Shown here: positions 13,165 to 25,718 of the stretch, piece after piece
Layout: each line of letters starts with the position of its first letter
Numbering within the stretch: the first letter of the stretch is position 1
NCBI GenBank assembly: GCA_017499595.2
Contig: CM039010.1
Location: 496,001 to 560,000 of the forward strand
Length of the DNA stretch: 64,000 bases
DNA from: Psilocybe cubensis
Taxonomy: Eukaryota
Direction of reading: 5' to 3'
Notes under the pieces: generated by a model
Database searches by the model: none
What the model saw: the letters and a program-made list of their open reading frames with translations, nothing else
What the model was told of the DNA's origin: nothing
Program-made: the position numbers and the translations under genes

Positions 13165-13777
13165 ATGTTGGACAGCATGAGACACTCTCCGTTTACGCCT
13201 CTTCAGGATCTTGTGGGTGCCGTTACGTACACCGTTGATGAGACTTTCATACTCCCGCGAGATGCCTGAGACCAAGCGCCGGTCTGTCCTGATATGCTTG
13301 TACGATCCCCCAGCGTCATCCGTTCTGGACGGCCCATCGATGCTGTTCCAAGATCATGCTTTGTGGGGTAACATTTACATTACTGTGCTCAAAATGCAAA
13401 TGCGAGGAAGATGTGACGAACCAGATACAACGTATTACTTTACTTTCTTACTCAGGTCAGTTCAGATACTGTGCAATTTATGGATGCTCAAGAACTCTTT
13501 TCTGTATTTTGTGAGATTATTAGATGGCCGACCACACAGGGATAGCATGGACAGGGGCAAAGCAATCACGGTCAACGAATATTTCTGCTGGTTGTGTGCA
13601 AGACCTAAACAAATATCTATTAGATCACCAAGATACTCAAAGGCTATTAATATGAGAGCCAGTGCCAAAGATGGGAAGTTCATTTCCAAGCTATATGGCA
13701 ATGCATACATTAAGCGCTCATTAGACATGGAGCTGGGTAATTTTTCACTAGCGCCCTTGCAAGCCGGAAAGCGATGA
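13165..13777 (+). pseudogene. Possible decayed protein kinase (TKL-like) fragment
   Basis: Frame-shifted pieces in kinase order: LQDLVGAVTYT (13201), QELFSVFCEIIRW (about 13490), DLNKYLLDHQDTQRLL (13602), IRHG (13720); multiple stops; no DFG motif seen. Confidence 0.3.
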
Positions 13778-13798
13778 AATTCCTGAACACTATCATAA

Positions 13799-14773
13799 TT
13801 ATCTGGAATACGGTGCGATTTCAGCTTCGATTTCGGGATCGTGTCCACAATACCCATATGTTACGCAATATGACGTTTTATAGGTCACTCCATCCCAGCT
13901 TTCTTTCGACCTCACACTTACCCATCTCAGCCCCATCGTCATTGCTAACCAAAGGGGCGAGAGGATGATGCCTAGACCCGCCAAAATGACAGGTACTAAC
14001 AATATTGACCCCGGTCCCAAAATCGCACCGCCGAGTGCTCCAGCACGCGTCGCATGTAACACGTCGATCCCACCCAGATCGACATGATGTCTCTGAAGAA
14101 TTGAGGTGCCGATCGCGCCAGACAGTGTGTGTACGACAACGGTGGTACACATAGTGACATACCATGGCGTTGGACGTTCTTCGTTTGGCTTCTGGAAAAA
14201 TTGCAACAGCAACCCTAGAGCCAACGCTGCGATGACCGCTCCTGTCGCCCCTATGGCGGCAGCCGATGCGTTGTTTGTGTAATGCGCCAGGTGGGCAGCT
14301 CGAAGAATTCCATTGCCTATCAGCCTGTAAGATACGAAAACCGATGATAAGAAAGTAAATGTTAGAAACCTAAATCAGCACCGAAGATGATGCAAGAGGA
14401 GTACTGACATGGCTACTGCTCCATACGCCGCCCCGAATGCAAATGGGAGACCGACAAAGACACTGGGGGTAAAGTATCAGTTATGATCCAGAAACCCAGT
14501 ATCGAAGTTAGCTTACACAATCCCTAGACAAATTATAATTACTGCTGGAATTCCATACACCAACGCAATTCCTAGACCCGCAAGCATATCCATAATCAAC
14601 TTGGCTAGTCCGTACACCAAATACTGGAATCGACGACGATTGTGACTTGGCTTAGCCAATGTGGTAGCAGTATTTAGGTTGGAGACTGCCATTTGAGTCG
14701 TTGAAGGGCTTGGTGTGGGTTCTGGCTGAACTGTCTGAATTTTCAGCTCGGACATTGGGGTTTCTGTAGACAT
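13799..14773 (-). CDS. Uncharacterised Gly/Ala-rich multi-pass membrane protein
   Basis: Three exons (ORF 14513-14809, a short middle exon VFVGLPFAFGAAYGAVAM, ORF 13799-14224) with canonical introns; several hydrophobic helices with GxxxG-type motifs. Confidence 0.8.
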
Positions 14774-16303
14774 GATGGGAGAGTGAGTGGAAGAGGGCAC
14801 TGCACACATACACTCGAACTGCTCTTAAAGGGCGCTGATGTATACCACCTTCATGGCTTGTCAGGGCTAGTCAGAGGCGACGGGTGACGATTAGATCCGC
14901 ACTGGTTGCGCACAGGACTATATGGGCTTTCGTTTTATAGTAAGATCTCGACAATTCCAAGCATGCATCGTGGCACATGAGTCAGGAACCAACTATATGA
15001 TAGTCGTCGCGGTGGCAGTGACGCCGATCCTCGTAAACTTTATAAAGATCAGATATCAGAGGCACTTACTTTGGACAACTGGGTCTTTTCGCTCTTGTCT
15101 GCCACTCTGATTATGATGCGGGTAAATTGAGGATTTTGTATCATTTCTTAAACTCCCAACTTGAACTCTTTTATTGTCCGAAGTCATCTAAGCCTATTGA
15201 AACCGGCTCCTGGACCTCACCTTACGGTATATTTGTATTTTCCAAGTGTTTTCCAAGTGTTGACTCAGTTTGACAAACCATTGAGATATCGAGCCTCAAC
15301 AGGAGGTTTAACGTAGGGAAAATCTTTTGTCTGAGAAAAAAACACTGTTCGAAGGGATACAATTATATATTGAACCTTTGTCCTCAAGTTGGCTATCCGT
15401 GCTGCATCATCCAGTAAAATTGATCCAACTACATCCAACTGACAAGCGACTGGTACACGAGTTGATTTGTACAGCTATCGTGCCAACTTGAAAGCCTGAT
15501 TTTGCTTGTGGAGCATATACAGAGAATACCATGACAACGCTATAATTTTGGCTTATAAGGCTACAGTGAATCACTTACTTGCCTTTCCGTTGGTAACTTG
15601 GTCCACAGGTAATGCCTAGCGAGATATACCTCTGGTTTTACGTAAGGAAATTACGCACTCTCACGAAGTTCCTGCTTAAGCGGAGCGCAATGACTCCGGA
15701 ACAATTCGTTCAACATGTAGCCAGTACCATGATCATAGATCAGCGTGTGGCACTGGGGCTTTAGCAGATCTATCTGATAAAGCAGTTATAACTCATACAT
15801 CATGTGGCAACTTGTAGCAAGAAGATGCTACCACAGTGCCACTCAGCGAGTGGACTCTTACTCCGAAGTAGCTCCTAGAGCTAGTCTGTTTTCTGTTGAG
15901 GCGTTTAGAACTCGCATCAAGGCTTCCTGCAATACAGTACTGGGGCTGCCCACGGACATAGGTATTTTTGTTCTCAGGTTCAACTAGATGATTATTCCCA
16001 AGGCTCATAGTTAAAATTTGACCGATGAGACGGTTCCGGTAAGCCATTTACTCCCCCAAGGGTCCAATGCTTGCTCTATTTCTATCTTTATTAAAGCTAT
16101 ATCTAGATCAATTGCGTTTCCGAGGACCTAAGCTAGTAGCCGTCCCAATCACAGCTCGAAACCTTCGGATTTGGTTCAGGGTTGCCAAAGTAAATGTGAG
16201 CAGCGATCTCCGAGAAACCTTGTAGAAAAGCTTATATTGTCTAGGTTACGGGGCGTCTTTGGATCCTCGCATTCCATTCACCCATATTCACCAAACTGTT
16301 ATC

Positions 16304-18411
16304 ATGACTGAGCATTTTTCCTATGTCCAACTTGCAGCACTCGTTCTCGCCGGAATCTTCTTGAAAAGACTTTTAAGGAAGAAGTCGGAGCCTCTTCCTC
16401 CAGGCCCCAAGAAGCTTCCTTTGATAGGAAACCTCCTTGACATGCCTTCTTCCCAAGAGTGGTTCACGTTCGCGGAATGGGCAAAAAAATGGGGTATGTC
16501 TGCATGTTATCAATTACATCGACAAGGTGGTACCGACCATTTTCACAGGCGATATAGTGTCTGTCTCTGTTTTGGGACAACAAATAATAATCGTGAACAC
16601 CATTGATCAAGCAATGCAAATGCTCGATAAGAAGAGTTCTATCTACTCTGACAGACCCATCATTCAAATGGGTGGCGAACTGGTTGGTTGGAGGAACACA
16701 CTCGCGCTTCTGCCATACGGCGACCGATTCCGCAACTATCGTAAGCTTTTTCACCAAGCAATTGGCACCCACTCCGCTATGTCGCGATTTTACGTCGTGG
16801 AGGAACTCGAAACTCAGCTATTCTTGAAGAGAATCCTATCGAATCCCGATGATCTAGCTGCCCATGTGCGAAAGTGAGTGGGCGTGGTTTTAATTTGCGG
16901 GTGGCCTTCTCTACAGGCTAGAAGGGTGTTCATTAACAGATGTCCATCTTTTGCCACAGGACGGCTGGCGCCATCATTTTGCGCATCTCGCATGGTTACG
17001 AGGTCAAGGAGAAGGAGGATCCGTTTGTCACGTTGGCTGATTCGGCGACTGAACAATTTTCTCTGAGCACCGCGCCTGGCGTGTTTTTGGTGAATCTTGT
17101 CCCTGCACGTAAGTCCATGAAACTCTCCAGAAGCTTCCTCAATTCACCCGTGATTTACAGTACGGCATATACCCCAATGGTTTCCTGGCGGTGGTTTCAA
17201 AAAGATTGCAGCACAATGGGCCCAGACACTCGTAGATATGGCTGAAGGACCTCACCAATTCGTAAAGAAACAAATGGTAAGTATATGGGTAACGATTTAG
17301 CTGCATTTATCTCATTTTTTGTCATCCAATTTCTCAGGAGGTCGGGAAGGCTGAAGACTCCTTCACGTTGAGGCTTCTTGAATCTCCTGACTACACTCCC
17401 GCTCAGGAACACGATATCAAGTGGTCCGCTGCTTCGCTGTATTCTGGAGGTGCTGATACCGTACGTACCTCCTTGAACGTAGCGAGGAACTGTTCACGGT
17501 ATAGTGTTTTTAGACTGTATCCGCGATTTATGCGATATTTTTAGCCGCTGTGCTGAACCCTGGAGCTGTGAGAAAAGCACAGGAGGAACTGGATAGGGTT
17601 ACTGGAAATAATCGCCTTCCTACTTTTGCTGACAGAGTGGACCTCCCTTACACAAACGCATTCGCTCTTGAGGTTCTCCGGTGGCATTCGGTTACCCCTA
17701 CGGGTAAGAAAATAGCTAAGCTTGGCTTTGTGATCGTCCTTGGCCTGATCGCATATACAGGTGTACCTCACCGCGTCTCTGAGGATAACGTGCATAATAA
17801 TTATTTCATCCCAAAAGGTGCCCTGGTCATCACCAATATTTGGTACTAGATAACACATATTCTCTCTCAAATAGACTGAGACTGACATATCTATCACAGG
17901 ACTATGGCACATGATACAAACGTCTACTCAGATCCATTTAACTTCAATCCGGAGCGATTTCTAGGTCCTAATCCAGAGCGAGATCCCCGAGATTTTTGCT
18001 TTGGATTTGGAAGAAGGCAAGTTTTGGCATGTATCTTTAATTCTTCTGGGGAACTGAAGATATCGTCGCTAGAATCTGTCCAGGTAAGGTTTTTAATTTC
18101 TTTCGCAGCTCCACCGAAATCCAACGTCTCTGTGGCTTAGGAAAAATCTTGGCGGAGTCGTCTGTTTTCATATCTTGTGCCATGTCATTGGCAGTGTTTG
18201 ACTTCAACAAATATGTGAGTAATGGTGTAGTCGTTGAGCCCGTACAGGAGCAAACTACTGGAACAATCAGGTCAGTCACATTTCGTTAGCATTCATTTTG
18301 TTGAGCTTGTTGATATACCTTTCGTCATCGTTCAGTCATCTTAAGCCATTCAAGTGTTCAATCGTTCCCAGATCACCAAATGCCCTCAAATTAATCAACG
18401 GAGAGTCATAA
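16304..18411 (+). CDS. Cytochrome P450 (basidiomycete OrdA/CYP64-like group)
   Basis: N-terminal TM then PPGP; I-helix [10 protein letters not shown]-helix EVLRW, FNPERF, heme motif FGFGRR|ICPG; ends ...[22 protein letters not shown]. Confidence 0.96.
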
Positions 18412-19167
18412 TTTGCGCACTCCATGGGTCTAAAAACGTATAATGCTCCAAAAGATGACAAAATGATACTTTAAAGGGATCATTGTTGTGGTGGTGGTGG
18501 TAGGCCCGTGCTTGTAGCATATAGCATATTTAAGAGACAGCAATTTTAAATTTGACACATGTAGTCCATCGTCACCTTCATTTGCGGGTGTGGGCAAGGC
18601 ACGGCAGAATCTCCGACTTTGATTACCGGTAATTTCAGCTCCTGTTGCGAGATTCACGGGGCACCAATGTCCTGTACTCTTCTCATCTAACAAGCCCTTA
18701 TCCGGATTGTTCTGCATTGTGCAATCTTCACCAACATGGTCATTAATAATGAAGGGAATTTCTTGGAAGAAATTACTCAGCTTCCACGGGCTTCAACTTG
18801 CGAGGCGAGCATGAACGGTGAGTAAAGTTATGATCACCCAGAGTCCCACTGTATTATGTTACACATTGGTAAAGGAAGTATTCTCAGATGACTGTGGATA
18901 ATGTACACAGTGGGTCCAGAGAAAGAGTTCCTGGTGAAAACGTGTAGTTCTACGTACAGGAGTAGTAAAAGCTGGACGCTATGTGATTCGGAAGATGTAC
19001 ATGCCGAGGGCGGGATAAATGGCGCGTTTCTAAAAATAGATATACTAACTTGCAAGGTTTTTAGTGACGGGCAGAGATTCTGCACGACCTCGGGTATACC
19101 CATTTGGTATCCTATGGTACCATCGCGCACTTAAGATAATGGTAGACTGAGAGGCATAAACGAGAGG

Positions 19168-19173
19168 TATAAA
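19168..19173 (+). promoter_or_regulatory. TATA box of the small secreted protein gene
   Basis: TATAAA about 150 nt upstream of the ATG at 19323, followed by a pyrimidine-rich leader and a 5'UTR intron (19252-19309). Confidence 0.5.
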
Positions 19174-19322
19174 GGTGACAATATTGTCCAACCTATTACT
19201 CAGACTCCAGCCTTCAGTCTTCAGCTTTTTAGAAGTTTCTTATCGCGACAGGTGAGTTCCATGAGCATGTCACCATCTGCTATTCGCCTTCTGATTCAAA
19301 TGACTCCAGACAATTAAACACA

Positions 19323-19761
19323 ATGCAAATGTCCTTCATCACCATTCTTTGCCGCCTTCTTAGGCGCCACAGGGTTCGTCAACGCTGCACCTAAGCCTGA
19401 CAATTCCAGCAGCACACTGGCCCCTCTTGCAGCGCCATTTGGAATCAACTTCGGACAGACCTGGAACAATGATGTTGCTTGGGTTGACGGTCAGTCCAAA
19501 TGCAACTTTGTCGTCGTCGGACCTGTAAGCATTTTTAAATTTGAGAATTTCCAACAATATTTTGAAATTGGTTGCGACCCTCTATAGCTTGGTGCAAACC
19601 CATGCGGAAGAACCTTCACCATTAACGGACAAGGTGGATTCACATTTGAAGGATGCGGCGGAAGCTTGTGGGTCGATAGGAATGGCCAATTTTATGCCAG
19701 CTGCGGTGGTCTAAATGAAAAGGACGATTGCGGTGTTCACAGCAAGTTCCACTGTATTTGA
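19323..19761 (+). pseudogene. Small secreted 6-Cys protein (about 124 aa if repaired) with a +1 frameshift in the signal peptide; pseudogene or sequence error
   Basis: ATG CAA ATG TCC TTC ATC ACC ATT [C] TTT GCC GCC...; removing one base near 19344-19347 gives MQMSFITIFAAFLGATGFVNAAP...AWVDGQSKC...NPCGRTF...EGCGG...SC...DC...HCI*, with a GT-AG intron at 19525-19587. Confidence 0.8.
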
Positions 19762-19996
19762 GGAGACGTTGAATTGGCAGGGTCTATCAATTTTTGAAGG
19801 CAAACTTACATAACTAGATTATCCGTCATCGTTTGTTTTACATAAGTAGTCTATCGAACATGACGTTAAATAGAATATATGTGGAAGAAAAAACTACATT
19901 TTAGTAAGTCTTATGATAGTAAACGGACATGTTAACGGAGTGATGTCCGACTAAACGGCAAATGAAAACAATTTATCGTTAACAAGAACAACTTTA

Positions 19997-21680
19997 TTAA
20001 CCATCAACTATAGCATATCTAAACTGTCCGGTTTCCAAGTTTAGTCTCCAGCAATATGTTGACCTACCAAAAACAATAGAGTAGGATAAACGTTCTGAAG
20101 GGAGATCCCTTCGGTAAGAGATAATGGCTTCCGTCACCGTGTTATCGTTTTTATCAACCATTTTTTTGTTGATGTGTTCGAGTGACGGAAAATGTAATGT
20201 CAGGCTCTGGAGGGACAGGAAACCCGTATCACAGAAGGACAGTAGGGAATGCTGCCAATACATGGAATTCAGAATTAGGCAAAGCAAATGATATAATTGA
20301 AACCCACAACATCCTGCACAGAAGATCCACCAACACTGAGTTCAAGGTTCTCGAGCTTGGAGAGTAATAACAGCTTGGCCTTGATATCATCTGTAAATAA
20401 CGGCCATTGCCAATATACATGCAAACTATTCGTCCGCAAACCTAGAACGAGAAGGGAATCGGCGTGATGCGTCGACAGAGATGATATGACCCTAAGTGGG
20501 GTATCGGATACAGATGCCTGCACAGGGTTCCATGGAGTGTTGAGCTCTAGAATGATTTGTTGGACATTTCGAATGCTTTCGATGTACGAAATAAACCCAT
20601 CGTTAATGTGAGTGTTCGTCTGAATGTGGGTAGCATTGCATCGGGTCTTTCTGAATGCATCCCAAACGCAGTCGTCATCCCGATAGTTACTCCAGTGAGG
20701 GCGGTCTGTACGTATGTAGAGAGATCTGAGATTCTTGAGACGTCCAGGTAGAAGCATCGTTTCTTGTGGTATGAGACAGTCCAAATTCGAGCAGCCCAAA
20801 TGTTCAATACTATTTGGAAAGTACGACAGAAGATATGATGGATTGAATCCATGGACTTGCACGTAGACCAGATGCTTAGCTGATAATAAGAGGCGTCGAA
20901 GGATATGAATGAAGGACCCGCTATTGATAGGATGGAAGATTTCGGTGTCACTCTGAGGCTCAACAGACAATCTATGATAGTAGTGTCAAACCTGAAATGG
21001 GAGATACCTGCACTAGTTCAAGGTGGTATAGGACTTACTCGCGAAGCTTCCAAGTCCTCATGCCATCTCCGATTGCCTGATGGAGCCAACCGGGCCCATT
21101 TTTTCCAACATACCACCTGGAAATAATACGGTATCATCAGTTAGATGATGATTGCAATGGTGAAATTACAGAACTTACACGACCTTCTCAATGTTCTTGA
21201 AAGACTCAAGCGCGGCAGGGAGATAATTGAGAAATTCAGTTTTGTTCGGATAAAGTGATTTGTTGCGAGCGTCTGGGAAGGATGTGCGATAATCAATCGT
21301 AAGAGTGCGAGCATACAAGCTTGAAGAGCAGACTCCGCTTGCAAGATCTTTAAGCTGCCCCAACATCTTAACACGCAGAACTCCTGAGGTTCCAATATTA
21401 ACTCGCGAGAGCAGCAGAGGTTGGGCTATCGCTCGTAGTTGCCGTGAAGCCAAGCACAAGTTTGCAAGACTTTTCCTCCCACCAGAAATATTTTCCACCT
21501 GAAGTTTACATAAATGATGAGTAAATCTGACGCCTTTTAGCATTACATGAGGCCCACCAAGCTGACGATTTCATGTAATATCTCTGTCGGAATAAAGGAT
21601 ATGCTATAATGGGTAGCGCTTTGAGCCTGAGTCGTAGTTTCAGCAAGCGCTTTGGTCTGTCCCTGTGTCATATGAGCCAT
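19997..21680 (-). CDS. F-box domain protein (lineage-expanded, LRR-like C-terminus)
   Basis: FIPTEILHEIVSL|...SLANLCLASRQLRAIAQPLLLSRV F-box pattern; large internal exons (ORFs 21175-21543, 20275-20970, 19997-20287). Confidence 0.85.
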
Positions 21681-22331
21681 AAGAGTAATCAAAATATCTC
21701 GAACAGATTTCCTCCAGGATTTAAATACCTTGTCGAGAATGAGTGGTCAACTTGCCTGGGTTGGCAACTGGGTCCAAAGCAATGACTCATATCACATGAT
21801 CGTGTCGTACACGCCACGCGCGACGCGTGTAAATAGCCCCTGTAAGGCCAATCCTGAAAGGTTTGCAAAAGTGAGGAACTTGGCTATAAGTGGCAATTTT
21901 GAATCATGTCTTGTATATTCCACAAGCTGAAATACACCGCCTAGAAACGACATAAATTTGACGGCATTAGCATGTTTACAACAATTACAGCATTTCTAAC
22001 AAGTCACTTGAGTGGTCAGACGCGACATGGTGAAGACCCCCTACCCCAATACTCAGGCGACCGTCATTCAAATTCCCATTTAGAGATATGAAAGGTCCTT
22101 TGGAACCTCAGGCTGAGCGATGATTATTAAGGACTTCACGCCTGTCGGTCTCTCATTGTTCGTGATGAATGGTTGAATATCAAGGCTGTGCTTACAGCGA
22201 CGAGCACCAAAAAAGTACAAAGATTGTAGGTTATTTAGTCTCCATACTATACAGAAAAAAAATCAAAACTCTGTATCCTACGCCCTTCCTGTGATCAGAT
22301 ATTCAGCTTCCAAATTCCAAAATCGAACGTC

Positions 22332-22898
22332 ATGGATGACTGTTGTGCCTGTTGTTGCGTGTGTTGTACATGTTTTGGCAAGTCAACCCACTGGATATTT
22401 TTCCTTGAAGCATGACTTACACTCTGCTCGATAGGTATCTTTGGGCAGGAAGGTTGCTGTAAGCTCATTCAACGTGTCACCGAATTTCTGCGAGAGGTTA
22501 TATGTTTGACTGTTTTTTCGTATTGTAAGGCAACTGGTGTCCCTCCAAGTACAAAGAAGACAAAGAAGCAACCAATGCAGCTCGTGCTCAAGAATTTGAG
22601 TTGTTTAGTCAAGCACAACCTGGGAGACATCCTGCAATGTCAACATCGCCTTCGGATCCGGAGGGTCCTAACAATGGACAAAGGGAGATTGACAACGCCA
22701 TTGATTCGAATGATAAACACAACGAGCGTAACTGTAAGTGCTCTTTTGAATCTATGTGCCGCAGTTCTTCTGATCAGGTTAATTCAAATTGTAATGTCAG
22801 CCAACGGCACAGAGTCGCCGGCATTGGATAGGATTACTGCTCACGAAAGAAGGACGCGCAGCGCCGAGAAAGCGAATCGAAAGTCTGATGTAGGTTAG
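22332..22898 (+). CDS. Small protein (about 123 aa) with an N-terminal Cys cluster
   Basis: Exons 22332-22377, 22435-22458, 22530-22733, 22801-22898 (first intron GC-AG) read MDDCCACCCVCCTCFGIFGQEGCCNWCPSKYKEDKE...QPGRHPAMSTSP...KSDVG*; the last acceptor is less certain. Confidence 0.7.
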
Positions 22899-23040
22899 CA
22901 AGAACCATAAAATCCACAAGTGTGCTATTATTACAGTGTTGTTCTTATATTACATCTTTCCCGTCCTTTATGTTTATTTGATCAAAAAGCATCATCTACT
23001 ATACCACATCAAGACAAGATATTCGCTCCAAATTCGTCAC

Positions 23041-24575
23041 TCAACCGAACAACTTCTTGAATTGCTTCTTCTCCTTTTCCCTCTTCTCCTTGCGTTGCTG
23101 TTTGATTTTCGCAAGCTCGCCAGCAATAGCTGCGTCTTCAGGTACCAGCTGGCTTGCCTCGACGAGGTCTTGCTCAGCTTTATCGTCGTCCTTCATATAG
23201 ATGTGAGCAAGAGCACGACGGTACAGCGCTTTAGCTATTGATGATGTGCAAGCATTTTGGTAAGTATCAAGTTATGAGAAAGAATGTCGAAATCCAACTT
23301 ACCTTTGTCCGCATTATTGAGAGTCAATGTGTTCAAAGCACGTGTAGCGCTGCTAATAGCAATAACGGCATTTGCGGAGGACTGGGGTTTGGTACGGATA
23401 GCAGCAAGTGCAGAATTGAGAAGAAGGGGAGCAAGGAGAGCGTCAAAGCTGTCCTTCAGCTCAGGGGGAGAACCTTCGGGCAATACAGGGTGGAGATCTA
23501 GGTAACGGAGTGACTCTAGGAAAAGTACAGGCATCAGTAACACTGTTACGTTCAACGTGCATTCGAAACTGACTTTGATACTTCTGCAGCGCTTCCTCTG
23601 TCTTTCCTTCCTTGAAAAGTTTGTTTCCAACCTCTCTCACCACTCCTGCGATTTCTAGGGCGACTTTTGGGTCTTCCGTATCTTTATCCTCGTCTTCAGG
23701 GTAATCTTCATATGGATCACCAGTCTGGGCCATGGGGTCGTCTTGAAGTGATGGATCATCAGGAGAGAGCTCTCCCGAGTTGGTGATCACAATTGGCTCA
23801 GTGGGGACATCGCCTGAGGAAGTAGGGTGGTTTTCTATCTGACGCACTTTAGGAAAATATGGAGGTCAGGAGATTCCAAAATTCATTCAGCCAATACGAC
23901 GTACCTATGGATTTTCCCTTGATCACTTCTCCAAACACGACGTGCTTTCCATCGAGATGCGGGGTGGGTGCGACAGTAATGAAGAATTGCGATCCATTGG
24001 TGTTGGGTCCCGCATTTGCCTTTGGATATAAATTGAACAGTTAGTTGTAGTCCCGAATTTAGGTTACAATTCAAAGTCGCACCATAGATAGCAAGAAGGG
24101 TTTTGTGTGTTTCACGGGGAATGCTTCATCTTCGAACTTTTCACCGTAGATTGATTCACCACCAGTTCCTGTTAGACGTTTAACAACTTGACAATCTTAT
24201 TACTTCCTTGGACCCACCATTTCCAGCAGTGAAGTCACCACCCTGGCACATGAAACTGATATCCTGTAAGCATTTGAGCCAACTTTGGCGTAGTTCTTCA
24301 ACTCACCCCTTAATCACACGATGGAATCCTGATCCCTTGTACCACAAAGCCTTTCCCGCCCTCCCAATGCCTTCTTCTCCAGTACATAATGCTCCTGTTC
24401 AGTTAAGAATAAGGTCAGTTCGAACTCCAAACTCGCCGTAAACTAAGATGAACTCACGGAAATTCTCTGCTGTTTTTGGCACAAGGTCCTTGTATAAGGA
24501 AAAGGCAATCCTTCCGGCGGGTTTATCGCCGATAGAAATATCAAAGAAAGTAATAGGGCGCTGATCCTTGGACAT
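23041..24575 (-). CDS. CPR6: Peptidyl-prolyl cis-trans isomerase D (cyclophilin-40, cyclophilin plus TPR)
   Basis: [16 protein letters not shown]...[47 protein letters not shown], followed by TPR repeats ([15 protein letters not shown]); ends KKQFKKLFG*. Confidence 0.95.
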
Positions 24576-25718
24576 CGTTGGGAATTTTGAGGAAAGACCA
24601 GATTGTGGGCGTATTACTCTTCAAGTACTCCCAGCACTGTATCCATTACGTAATTGACATCAGGCTTGTGGAAAGCGCTGGAACACTCGGGAAGTCTTGG
24701 GAAAAGGGATGTGAGCGGAGAAAAAACGACTGAGTTGAGGGTTCATGTGTGATGAGCGTCAAACCTTTCGAAAAATTTCGATATCCAATGATATTCAACG
24801 CCACAATCCGCAGATATTTGCTTGGCCATGCAAACCCAATTGCAATTCGCATTGTGAAGCATCCTTCTGAACCTGGAGACGATATCACATTCGTTATTTA
24901 GCTGGCGTTGAACGATGAGGTATGGTGCACAATCTCTATCAGTGAAGCGATTACTTTCGAGTTCCAGGTGTTCCTTTCTTAGACTGATATTTAATTTCGA
25001 ATGCTGGGTCGGTACATTCCCGATAAGTTATGAAGGAGGGGTCAACGCGACGGAATAACAAAATTAGCGAGATCGGAAGAGCAATTCGATGGGCTTGGGC
25101 GCCTGAACAAAATGTTCAGGCTATGAATGTCAATAAATTGTGGTTCAAGGCCGTGCAGGGCATTTTCAGGCTTTTTAAAGAGCTGTGACTTTGCTAATTG
25201 ATTCGTAGAAATTCAAAGGAGGTATCAAGTCGAAATTTCAAATTCTGCTGAGTACTTTGCGTAATTTGAGGCATAAGCTGCGGTAGATCTCATCGCTTTT
25301 TAGAATAGTTAATGGACACTCCATTTTGAAACGCGTTCAAAGCGCTTGCCTTATTATGAACGCGCCTCGTCAAGAATGTTGAGAGAGGAGCACCGAGTAG
25401 AGCATTGTTCAAAATCCGATGCGATATATGTTTAATATAGTGCAAATACTATTCAGCAACTGGATGAATGGTCGATGACATGTCGCAAGTGTCAACTGTA
25501 ACTTCTGTTTGATGTCGGTTGTCGAAGTTTTAAACTCCGAAAGATTTCAGTCAGGTGATCGCGTTAACTTGGCGCGTCTCGCTAGTTAGGGGCGTGTAAG
25601 TCGTATATGGGAATAAGTAAGTATATTGATGAGGACGCCCAGGTGTGAAGTAACAAGTTTAAACTACGTATTATTGCACTCAAATAGAAGGTATGTTCTG
25701 TGTTTTAGTTTATGATTT

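Noticed and set aside
13211-13857. 188-aa plus and 131-aa minus ORFs as intact genes
   Set aside because: No recognisable domain, non-ATG starts, and better explained as decayed sequence.
15239-15261. Short tandem duplication TTTCCAAGTGT x2, and similar micro-repeats near 5784 and 61130
   Set aside because: Ordinary slippage-scale repeats; not an array and not CRISPR-like.
16304-19761. P450 as part of a secondary-metabolite cluster
   Set aside because: No backbone enzyme (PKS, NRPS, terpene synthase) or repeat-core RiPP precursor was seen in the window.
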